Positions 18,713 through 25,101 of a stretch of DNA of 39,527 bases are shown here, one piece after another. Positions within the stretch are counted from its first letter, which is position 1. Each line of letters starts with the position of its first letter. The position numbers and the translations under genes were made by a program. This DNA comes from a virus (Duplodnaviria; Caudoviricetes): positions 1-39,527 of the IMG/VR virus record IMGVR_UViG_3300049205_000027; one strand, 5' to 3'. The notes below the pieces were generated by a model, which saw only the letters and a list, made by a program, of their open reading frames with translations, ran no database searches and was not told the origin of the DNA.

Positions 18713-18990
18713 GCACCCGCACCCTGTTCCGAGACAGCGTCGAATATCTCACCGTGACCGTCACCTCCGCGGCCACCCTCAGCACCCAACCTGTCGAAAT
18801 CTCTGTCGACGACCGCACTACCTGGCTCACTGCGGCCTGGACTGGCAGCGCGGGCACAACCCGCTCCTGCCAAGTGCTCCTCAACAACACCAACATGCCC
18901 GCAGTCGGTGAGCGACAAGTGTTCGTCCGCATCACCGACACCCCCGAAACCGCCGTGATTGCCGCAGCCGGAACCATCCGGTTCATCTGA
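18709..18990 (+). CDS. Small beta-sandwich protein (fibre adaptor-like)
   Basis: 93 aa; ATGA coupling; GGAGG RBS; VFVRITDTPE motif. Confidence 0.7.
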   Translation: MSTRTLFRDSVEYLTVTVTSAATLSTQPVEISVDDRTTWLTAAWTGSAGTTRSCQVLLNNTNMPAVGERQVFVRITDTPETAVIAAAGTIRFI

Positions 18991-19000
18991 GGAGGACCCC

Positions 19001-19183
19001 GTGAAGATCAACGTCCCGCCCGCCGTCCGCGTGGCCCTCTACATCCTCACGCTCCTCGGCGCACCCGTCGTCGTGTACCTGCGCGCCAAGGGCCTCATCG
19101 GGGACCTTGAGCTCGCGCTGTGGGGTGCTGAGGTGTCGGCCGCGTCCGCGCTCGCCGCGTTCCACGTCCCGCCCGCCGAGTAA
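19001..19183 (+). CDS. Holin (putative, 2 TM)
   Basis: 60 aa; P.VR.ALY followed by two hydrophobic segments; GAGGAGG RBS. Confidence 0.7.
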   Translation: MKINVPPAVRVALYILTLLGAPVVVYLRAKGLIGDLELALWGAEVSAASALAAFHVPPAE

Positions 19184-19187
19184 CCCC

Positions 19188-19403
19188 ATGCGCCGCCCGA
19201 TGGAAACCTGGGCCTCCTGCATCGCCGCCCTGATCGCGCTCGACGTGTGGTGCGACCACCGCCGTAACGATTCGACACTGTCCTGTCAGGTCCGCCGCGT
19301 CTTCCGCACCGACCACCGCACGGGCCGCCTCGCATTCATCGCGAGCTGGGCCGCACTCACCGCATGGCTAGTGCCGCACATCTGCCGACGCATCGCCGAC
19401 TAA
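19188..19403 (+). CDS. Small membrane protein
   Basis: Two hydrophobic segments, TLS..VRR and WLVPHI motifs; last gene before the terminator. Confidence 0.65.
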   Translation: MRRPMETWASCIAALIALDVWCDHRRNDSTLSCQVRRVFRTDHRTGRLAFIASWAALTAWLVPHICRRIAD

Positions 19404-19420
19404 CCCCGCACCCGAACAGC

Positions 19421-19458
19421 AAACCGCCCCCGTCACCTCTTGGTGGCGGGGGCGGTTT
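19421..19458. terminator. Bidirectional intrinsic terminator between convergent operons
   Basis: AAACCGCCCCCGTCACC-TCTT-GGTGGCGGGGGCGGTTT. Confidence 0.85.
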
Positions 19459-19470
19459 CATGCGTCCGGA

Positions 19471-19827
19471 TCAGTTCTGAGCGGCTCGGAGTCGGCGGAT
19501 CTCGGCACGGAGGTGCCGAATCACCTTGCGCTGATGCTGGATCTTGTGGTGCCGCTTCGCAAGCTGATGCTCCCGAAGGTCAGCCTGCGTCTTCCAGTAG
19601 TTAGCAGCATCCCACGCCCACTGGAACTGCGTCTCCACCCACGACCCCCACGAGTCGGCATCCACGGCGTTCGAGTTCACGGGCGGCTGACAGTCCTGGT
19701 CGTCGAACGTCTTGCTGTAGTCGTAGGTCTGGATGGTGCACGGAGTCACGTCGGCGGCCGAGGCCGCGGTGAGTCCGCCAGACAGCGCGACTGCGAGCAC
19801 TGCCGAACCGATGATGGCCTTACGCAT
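19471..19827 (-). CDS. Secreted/exported protein of unknown function
   Basis: Sec-type signal peptide MRKAIIGSAVLAVALSGGLTAASA; AAGGAGG RBS; two Cys; basic coiled-coil C-terminus. Confidence 0.8.
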   Translation of the reverse strand: MRKAIIGSAVLAVALSGGLTAASAADVTPCTIQTYDYSKTFDDQDCQPPVNSNAVDADSWGSWVETQFQWAWDAANYWKTQADLREHQLAKRHHKIQHQRKVIRHLRAEIRRLRAAQN

Positions 19828-19929
19828 GGTTCCTCCTTGGGCCGGCGCTCCGGCCGATCGCTCCGCATCCTAGGAGACGCAGCCGATGGTTGCTGATACT
19901 TCGGGCCCCCGTGGCGTCAATACCTAGAC

Positions 19930-19958
19930 AGGATGCATGCATGCATGATTAGTGTCAA
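19930..19958 (-). promoter_or_regulatory. SigA-like promoter with operator palindrome in the spacer
   Basis: Minus strand TTGACA-17 nt-CATCCT; spacer contains CATGCATGCATG (19936-19947). Confidence 0.6.
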
Positions 19959-19987
19959 GGATGGCGCCTGAGACGGCCCGCGCCGGG

Positions 19988-21157
19988 CTAGTGCAGTTCG
20001 TGCACCTCGAGCACCTCGGCGTCGATAGCATCCGCCGCCACGGACCCCGACAAGAGCACGTCCAGGCGGGCTGCGACATCATCGGGCATGTCGTCGATCA
20101 TTCGGCCGTAGACGTTGATCGTGGTCTTGATGTCCTGGTGACCAAGTCGCCGCTGAATCTCGGGCAGGCTCATCCCCGCGGCGTGACAGAGCATGACGTG
20201 CGTGTGGCGCAGCCAGTGGGGTGTCGGCTCTCGGTCGGCCAACCCTGCCGCTTCAACCGACTTCTTCCACCACCGGTTGCGGAACGTGGACGGCTCCCAG
20301 AGTCCGGTCGGGCTGTGCGAGTTGGTGAATACGAAGTCGGTTGGCGAGGACAGGTTGGCGAGCCGGCGGCGGATCATGGTGGCGCATTCGGGCAGCATCC
20401 GAATCCGTCGTTCGGCGGCCTCGGTCTTCCCGCCCCGCACCACTCCCTCGCCCTTGCGGTTAACGTGCGTCATGGTGGCGTACATCGTCGGGCCGTCTTC
20501 GATCGCGTTCGCCATCAGCGCCGTCGCCTCGCCGATTCGCCAGCCGGTTGACGCCATGAACAGGATCAGGTCGGCGGCGTCGAGGTCGACCGAGTAGGCG
20601 GCGCGGCGAAGGGTCAGCCACTCCCCCATCGTCAGGCCCTTGGGTGGTTTCCGGGAGCGCTTGGGTAGCTCGGTTTCGAGGCAGGGGTTGTGCGGGACGT
20701 GGCCGCGTTTGCGTGCTGCCGCCCAGGCGTAGATGCCGTGCAGCAGCGCGTGTCGGTCGGCGACGGTCTTGGGTGCGAGTCGGGTGGCGAGGTTGCGGTC
20801 TACCCATGTCTGCACGTCGGCTTCGGTGATCGCGGCGGCTTGGCGGTGTCCGAAGTAGGGGTCGATCCAGTTGGCGTAGTCGCGGCGGTAGTCCTCGAGC
20901 GCGCGGGGGGTGAGGTCGCGCGCCTTCCAGTCGAACCACTGCTGTGCGAGCTCGGCGAGGGTGGGGCCGGACTGGTTCAACTCCTCGGCTAGTGCCGCGA
21001 AGGCGCGGTCGGCGCCGAGTGCGTTGATGAGGTCTCTGACGCGGATGGCTGCAGCTTCGGTCTCGAACGTCTTCGAGGGCTGCTTCTTGCCGTGCCTGTA
21101 GAGCACCTGCCAACTACTGGTGCCGTCAGCCGCGATTCGTTCGCGGACGCTCGCCAT
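19988..21157 (-). CDS. int: Tyrosine integrase
   Basis: TGWRIGE (R), KT, HWLRH (HxxR), LGH, TINVY (Y); N-terminal arm-binding domain. Confidence 0.96.
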   Translation of the reverse strand: MASVRERIAADGTSSWQVLYRHGKKQPSKTFETEAAAIRVRDLINALGADRAFAALAEELNQSGPTLAELAQQWFDWKARDLTPRALEDYRRDYANWIDPYFGHRQAAAITEADVQTWVDRNLATRLAPKTVADRHALLHGIYAWAAARKRGHVPHNPCLETELPKRSRKPPKGLTMGEWLTLRRAAYSVDLDAADLILFMASTGWRIGEATALMANAIEDGPTMYATMTHVNRKGEGVVRGGKTEAAERRIRMLPECATMIRRRLANLSSPTDFVFTNSHSPTGLWEPSTFRNRWWKKSVEAAGLADREPTPHWLRHTHVMLCHAAGMSLPEIQRRLGHQDIKTTINVYGRMIDDMPDDVAARLDVLLSGSVAADAIDAEVLEVHELH

Positions 21158-21420
21158 CAGTGGCTCCGGATCTCGACGCTCGTGGTGCCGCCGAGGAACC
21201 GGCCGACCACAGAGGTGATGGCCTGCGGGTTGGTGGTCGTCAGTTCGATGACGTCGCCGTCCGGTCCGACCGTCATGCTGAGGTCGCCGTCGATGTGCTC
21301 GCGCACGTTCTCGCGCAGCAGGTCGAAGAGCTCGTTCCCTCTTCCGGTCGGGCAGCGCACGGAGACCGTGTACGTGCGGTCGTCAGGGGTGTTCGGCGCC
21401 GGTTCGGCTGCGTTCATCAT
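21157..21420 (-). CDS. Hypothetical protein translationally coupled to integrase
   Basis: TGATG overlap with int start; start may be 21438, 21420 or 21417. Confidence 0.65.
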   Translation of the reverse strand: MMNAAEPAPNTPDDRTYTVSVRCPTGRGNELFDLLRENVREHIDGDLSMTVGPDGDVIELTTTNPQAITSVVGRFLGGTTSVEIRSH

Positions 21421-21474
21421 GTGCCCATCATTCCCCATGCTTGTTGACGGGCCGTTGACACGCTTTCATGAAGA

Positions 21475-21510
21475 AGGCCCGTGACCTGCATTTCCGCAGG
21501 TCACGGGCCT
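21475..21510 (-). terminator. Terminator downstream of the attP core
   Basis: 15-bp perfect stem AGGCCCGTGACCTGC/GCAGGTCACGGGCCT, followed by TCTT on the minus strand. Confidence 0.8.
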
Positions 21511-21519
21511 ATTCTACAT

Positions 21520-21541
21520 GTGGAGCTGGCGGGAATCGAAC
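21520..21541 (-). other. attP common core: 3' end of tmRNA (ssrA) or an Ala-acceptor tRNA-like RNA
   Basis: Minus strand GTTCGATTCCCGCCAGCTCCAC = T-loop, T-stem 3' side and Ala-type acceptor; no 5' half is present. Confidence 0.8.
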
Positions 21542-21637
21542 GCAGCAACCCTCCCCCGACTCATCCCACTTTGAGCGCAGTTGGGGTGATTTCAGAACCG
21601 CCCACACCCCGCCCATCGGCCGATCCGTGTTGACATG

Positions 21638-21799
21638 TCAACGAGGCCCCTCGTCCAGGTAGCGCCGGATCAGACGGACCAACACCTCAGTGACGGTCTG
21701 GTCCTCATCGGCCACCTTGCGCACGAACGCCTCCCACAGATCGGGAGGCGGCCGGAACCCCCGCATCTTGAACCTGTGGCGATCCCCCGGCCGTGACAC
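21638..21799 (-). CDS. Ribbon-helix-helix (Arc/CopG-like) DNA-binding protein, 53 aa (not in ORF track)
   Basis: MSRPGDRHRFKMRGFRPPPDLWEAFVRKVADEDQTVTEVLVRLIRRYLDEGPR; TAGCGT -10 lies 7 nt upstream of the GTG (leaderless). Confidence 0.75.
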   Translation of the reverse strand: MSRPGDRHRFKMRGFRPPPDLWEAFVRKVADEDQTVTEVLVRLIRRYLDEGPR

Positions 21800-21818
21800 G
21801 GGTCGCACGCTAGGGGTT

Positions 21819-21832
21819 GGTGGATATCCACC
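21819..21832. promoter_or_regulatory. 14-bp perfect palindrome, candidate RHH operator
   Basis: GGTGGATATCCACC between divergent genes, just upstream of the RHH -10 box. Confidence 0.5.
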
Positions 21833-21914
21833 GTTTCCCCTGCGTCTGTCGGACTAGTCAGGCAAGATCTGTCTCGCGAGGGCTCACCGGTACGGAGCAG
21901 GGGGGATAGGCCCA

Positions 21915-22190
21915 GTGTTCAACGATTTGGTCGACGCGGAGTTCACCATCTTGAAGGCCCTCGGGGTGGGGATCTATCGAACAAAGACGCTCGACGACGA
22001 AGATCCGATGTGGTGCCCCGAGCACAACGCGCTGCTGGTCGGGACGAACCTCACGCCCGAGGAGGCCGAGGATGTCGCGTGCGCGATGCTCGGGATGCTG
22101 GCGTGGTCACCCGAGACCGGCGAGACCCCAAGCTCGCCACGAATGCCACAGACTCGTCGTCCAGACCAGGACGCGCTTCCTCCAGCTTGA
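21915..22190 (+). CDS. Hypothetical protein, weakly ImmA/IrrE N-terminal-like but lacking HExxH
   Basis: LKALGVGI, WCPEHNALLVGTNLTPEE pattern; G-rich RBS; 3' end overlaps the repressor convergently. Confidence 0.5.
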   Translation: MFNDLVDAEFTILKALGVGIYRTKTLDDEDPMWCPEHNALLVGTNLTPEEAEDVACAMLGMLAWSPETGETPSSPRMPQTRRPDQDALPPA

Positions 22191-22428
22191 GCAGGTTGCC
22201 TGCGACGAACGCCTCCAGCACCGGACGCTCGAACGCCGTCGCAAACGCGGCAACGTTGGCCGGCCGCAGCTCACCGCTGAACGATCCCCGGAGCCAGCGA
22301 CTCACCGTCGGCTGGGAGACCCCCAGACCCACCCGCTGCTCGATCTGCTCCGCGATCGCCGTCGCTGTCATGTCGCCCGCTACCGCGGCGACGTAGGCGG
22401 CCCATAGACGATTCTGGTTCTCGGACAT
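22051..22428 (-). CDS. Immunity repressor (XRE-type HTH)
   Basis: TAIAEQI...GVSQPTVSRWLRG helix-turn-helix; divergent from the Cro-like gene; probably leaderless (TACGGT -10 seven nt upstream). Confidence 0.85.
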   Translation of the reverse strand: MSENQNRLWAAYVAAVAGDMTATAIAEQIEQRVGLGVSQPTVSRWLRGSFSGELRPANVAAFATAFERPVLEAFVAGNLLKLEEARPGLDDESVAFVASLGSRRSRVTTPASRASRTRHPRPPRA

Positions 22429-22435
22429 GTGGGCC

Positions 22436-22531
22436 ACCGTACCCAGTAGGTATGCATGCATGTCTATAGTTTGCCGTCATTTTCCCCAATCTTGTTGACG
22501 CTAGTCATGCATGCATGATTATCTCAGTCAC
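22436..22531. promoter_or_regulatory. Divergent lysis/lysogeny promoters with two operators
   Basis: Rightward TTGACG (22495-22500)...TTATCT (22519-22524); leftward TAGACA...TACGGT; operators TATGCATGCATG (22451-22462) and TCATGCATGCATGA (22505-22518). Confidence 0.75.
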
Positions 22532-22753
22532 ATGCGTATCAGGATCAGGGCCGGCGCCCTCTATGAACTCCTCAAAAGCGCGGACATCAGCCGCAACGAG
22601 CTAGCACGCCGCCTCGGCGTCAGCAACGCCACGGCATACCGCATCGACGAGGGCAAGGTCGATCCGTCCCCCCGGTTCATCGCGTCACTGATCTCGCTCA
22701 GCGGCAAGAAGTTCGAGGACCTCTTCGAGATCGTCACCGAGGACGCGGCATGA
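22532..22753 (+). CDS. Cro-like HTH protein
   Basis: SRNELARRLGVSNATAYRIDEG..PS; first rightward early gene; ATG 22532 fits leaderless initiation. Confidence 0.85.
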   Translation: MRIRIRAGALYELLKSADISRNELARRLGVSNATAYRIDEGKVDPSPRFIASLISLSGKKFEDLFEIVTEDAA

Positions 22754-22989
22754 ACCTCATGACCGAAGCCGAACTCGCGGCCGAAACCCTCAAGCTCGAC
22801 GTCGAGAAGGTCGCAGAACTGCGCCGCCGCCAAAAGTGGCCGCACGTCCGGCTCGGACGCTTCGACGTCCGCTACACCGACGAGCAGGTCGCCGCGATCG
22901 TCGCCATGCAGACCGTCAAGCCCAAGACGACGAAGCCCGCGACCAACCTCGCCGGCCAGACCGCCCGCAGCGCACGGAGGTCAGCATGA
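22750..22989 (+). CDS. Excisionase / winged-helix DNA-binding protein
   Basis: LMTEAELA...WPHVRLGRFDVRYT; follows the Cro-like gene. Confidence 0.7.
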   Translation: MNLMTEAELAAETLKLDVEKVAELRRRQKWPHVRLGRFDVRYTDEQVAAIVAMQTVKPKTTKPATNLAGQTARSARRSA

Positions 22990-23366
22990 CCGCCCTCGTT
23001 TACCGCGCCTTCGACGCGAACGACCGGCTCCTCTACATCGGTTGCACCACCTCATTCGAGGCGCGGATGAAGAACCACGAACTCAACTCTCCCTGGTGGC
23101 TGTTCCGCGACCGGATCGAGACACAGGAGTTCCCAACCCACGCCGATGCGCTCGCGGAAGAGTCCGAGGCGATCGCCACCGAGCACCCCCGCTGGAACGT
23201 CCGCGGGCGCTCTGAAGACCACCCGGACGGCCCCATCTGGAGCAGGTTCTGGGCGCCCCACCTGGCCGACGAGGTCGACGTTTGGCGCACATGGATTCGT
23301 ACTCGGGATGCCGAGCGGATCCGGCAGATGCGCGAGCGGGCCGCGTCGGGGAAGTGGGCGTCGTGA
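22986..23366 (+). CDS. GIY-YIG nuclease-domain protein
   Basis: VYRAF...LLYIG.T...RMKNH...E..AI..EHP.WN. Confidence 0.85.
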   Translation: MTALVYRAFDANDRLLYIGCTTSFEARMKNHELNSPWWLFRDRIETQEFPTHADALAEESEAIATEHPRWNVRGRSEDHPDGPIWSRFWAPHLADEVDVWRTWIRTRDAERIRQMRERAASGKWAS

Positions 23367-23530
23367 TCGGCAACCTGTTCGGCATCCCGCTGCTGACTGT
23401 CGCGGACCTGACTTATCGGGTGGCGCAGGTCATGGAGTCGGTGGGGATGTCGCTGGCTGGTGAGCCGGGTGTGCTGGTACTGCCCGCCACATGCAACCGA
23501 GTTCCGGACGACTCGGTTGGCGGCCTCTAG
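23363..23530 (+). CDS. Hypothetical protein
   Basis: 55 aa, GTGA coupling to the upstream gene. Confidence 0.5.
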   Translation: MIGNLFGIPLLTVADLTYRVAQVMESVGMSLAGEPGVLVLPATCNRVPDDSVGGL

Positions 23531-23541
23531 GGGCTGCTGTC

Positions 23542-23637
23542 TCTGGTCCGGCGAGGTCGAGCTATCCCCCCGGCTCCCTCGCCGGACCAGAACCCAGGAC
23601 GCAAGAAGCCCTCGCCGCTGGCAAGAGCGACGAGGGC
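23542..23637 (+). other. Tandem RNA hairpins in early intergenic region
   Basis: 15-bp perfect stem 23542-23556/23577-23591 and a second stem GCCCTCG.CGCT/AGCG.CGAGGGC 23608-23637. Confidence 0.6.
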
Positions 23638-23659
23638 AGAGAAGAACTCTCAAGGAGCA

Positions 23660-24139
23660 ATGATGCCAGAGCCAACACCCCAGTTCACGCCCATCGAGGG
23701 CGACGCGTCGTCGTGGGATCGTCCCGCCGACGTGCGCACGCTCAACCAGGACAACGAGCAGGAGATCGTCGACCTGCTGATGGGCCGCAAGGTCACCAAG
23801 GTTGACGATGATCACCTCCTGCTTGATGACGGCACGGTGATCAAGGCCATCGGTCACGACGGCGGATGCGCCTGCTCGGCCGGTTGCTACGACCTCTCGG
23901 TGCTCAATGGCGTGGACAACATCATCACGCGCGTCGAGTTCGACTACCGGCCCGCAGGTGATGGCGACTACCCGAAGTTGGGTGACCATCCCGACGACCC
24001 GACGGACGGGTGGACTGGCTACTACCGCGTGTTCGTCTATGCCGAGAACCAGCAGATCAACCTCATGCAGTTCGACGGCTCTGACGGGAACGGCTACTAC
24101 GGCACCGGCTTCGAGATCCTCGTTCGGGACCCGCGATGA
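23660..24139 (+). CDS. Hypothetical acidic protein
   Basis: 159 aa; AAGGAG RBS; GGCAC..G and GNGYYGTGF motifs. Confidence 0.8.
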   Translation: MMPEPTPQFTPIEGDASSWDRPADVRTLNQDNEQEIVDLLMGRKVTKVDDDHLLLDDGTVIKAIGHDGGCACSAGCYDLSVLNGVDNIITRVEFDYRPAGDGDYPKLGDHPDDPTDGWTGYYRVFVYAENQQINLMQFDGSDGNGYYGTGFEILVRDPR

Positions 24140-24309
24140 CCGCCCAGTTCCGTGGCCGCAACGAGCGCGGCGAGTGGCTCGTCACCGTGTTCCCCGCGGA
24201 GGCCGGTAAGCCCGCGTCGGCAGAAGCTGCTTTCCGACCGAACGAGTGGGACACGTGGTCGCCGCCGGTGCAGCTCGAGGCAGTGCCCGTGCGGGAGGCC
24301 GTCCAGTGA
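24136..24309 (+). CDS. Hypothetical protein (57 aa, not in ORF track)
   Basis: MTAQFRGRNERGEWLVTVFP...; ATGA and GTGA overlaps at both ends. Confidence 0.6.
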   Translation: MTAQFRGRNERGEWLVTVFPAEAGKPASAEAAFRPNEWDTWSPPVQLEAVPVREAVQ

Positions 24310-24653
24310 GCGCGCAGGAACTCCGCGACGCGGCTGCGGCGATGCGGGAGCGGGCGCAGGCCGCGACAGCGAGCGAGTGGTTCCCCATCCAAGCGCCGGG
24401 TCGAACAGTCTCGGATGACGGCGACTGGATCGTCGACTCGGTCCCGGCGTTCGTCTGCTCAACCCATATCTGGGATGAGCGCGGCAAGGCCGACGCCGAG
24501 CACATCGCGGCCTGGCACCCCGCCGTCGCACTCGCCGTGGCGGACTGGCTGGAGTCCTATGCGGACCGCCTCGACGTCCTCGGGCACGGCATCGGCAGCA
24601 ACATGGGTCAAGCCCTCGCCGTCGCTCGCGCCTACCTCGGGAGCGCGTCGTGA
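24306..24653 (+). CDS. Ead/Ea22-like hypothetical protein
   Basis: LR.AA..MRERA.AAT..W...DAEHIAAWHP.VALAVADWL. Confidence 0.65.
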   Translation: MSAQELRDAAAAMRERAQAATASEWFPIQAPGRTVSDDGDWIVDSVPAFVCSTHIWDERGKADAEHIAAWHPAVALAVADWLESYADRLDVLGHGIGSNMGQALAVARAYLGSAS

Positions 24654-24802
24654 TCCGCGCGAACCGCCTAACTCTCGCCGACCTCCACCACGCCCGTCGT
24701 CTTTACGGCGGCACGCTGACCGAGATCGCGGGGACGTGGACGCTGGTCGGGGCGACGATCGGCGGCGAGTACGTGTCGCTTGGGCCCGTGGTCGAGTCAT
24801 GA
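24650..24802 (+). CDS. Hypothetical protein (50 aa, not in ORF track)
   Basis: MIRANRLTLADLHHARRLYGG...; coupled at both ends. Confidence 0.5.
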   Translation: MIRANRLTLADLHHARRLYGGTLTEIAGTWTLVGATIGGEYVSLGPVVES

Positions 24803-25101
24803 GCCGCGAGTGGAAGCCCGGCGACGTGGCGCTGATTGCTGTGTTATCACCGGACGCCCTGCTGGATCCAACCGAGGATGTTATCGAGGGGAACGTCGTA
24901 GTTCTTCTCGGCGACTTCGGTCAACGTGCCCGCCTCGCCGGTCAGGTACGCCATTGCCGCATTGACCAAGAGATTCACGGCGTCGCGCACACCCTCATCG
25001 CCAGCGTCCGTCACCTGGAGCAGATCGTCAGCGGCGCGGTTGAGGGCGGCGGTTACTTCTTCGATGCTGTAACTCTCAGACATGGGGGCATCCTCGCATG
25101 A
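24799..25101 (+). CDS. Hypothetical ORF whose body is antisense to a minus-strand gene
   Basis: Phage-like start MSREWKPGDVAL and ATGA coupling at both ends, but codon usage of the body is poor. Confidence 0.4.
   Translation: MSREWKPGDVALIAVLSPDALLDPTEDVIEGNVVVLLGDFGQRARLAGQVRHCRIDQEIHGVAHTLIASVRHLEQIVSGAVEGGGYFFDAVTLRHGGILA
24847..25083 (-). CDS. Small acidic helical protein, inverted relative to the operon
   Basis: MSESYSIEEVTAALNRAADDLL...IQQGVR; good GC3 codon usage on this strand; possible leaderless start. Confidence 0.6.
   Translation of the reverse strand: MSESYSIEEVTAALNRAADDLLQVTDAGDEGVRDAVNLLVNAAMAYLTGEAGTLTEVAEKNYDVPLDNILGWIQQGVR

Larger units (their letters stand above)
21443..21642. 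other. attP region with putative integrase arm-type sites
   Basis: GTTGAC direct repeats at 21443 and 21454 and the inverted pair GTTGACATGTCAAC at 21629-21642 flank the core. Confidence 0.65.

Noticed and set aside
21520-21541. Possible tRNA or tmRNA gene
   Set aside because: Only the T-loop and acceptor 3' strand are present with no 5' half; interpreted as the attP core
21638-21799. RHH protein as the antitoxin of a toxin-antitoxin pair
   Set aside because: No adjacent co-oriented ORF with a recognisable toxin motif
19988-22428. Integration-dependent immunity (attP inside the repressor, ssrA-like degradation tags)
   Set aside because: The attP core is about 500 nt downstream of the repressor stop, and neither Int (...EVHELH) nor the repressor (...RPPRA) ends in a clear ssrA-like tag
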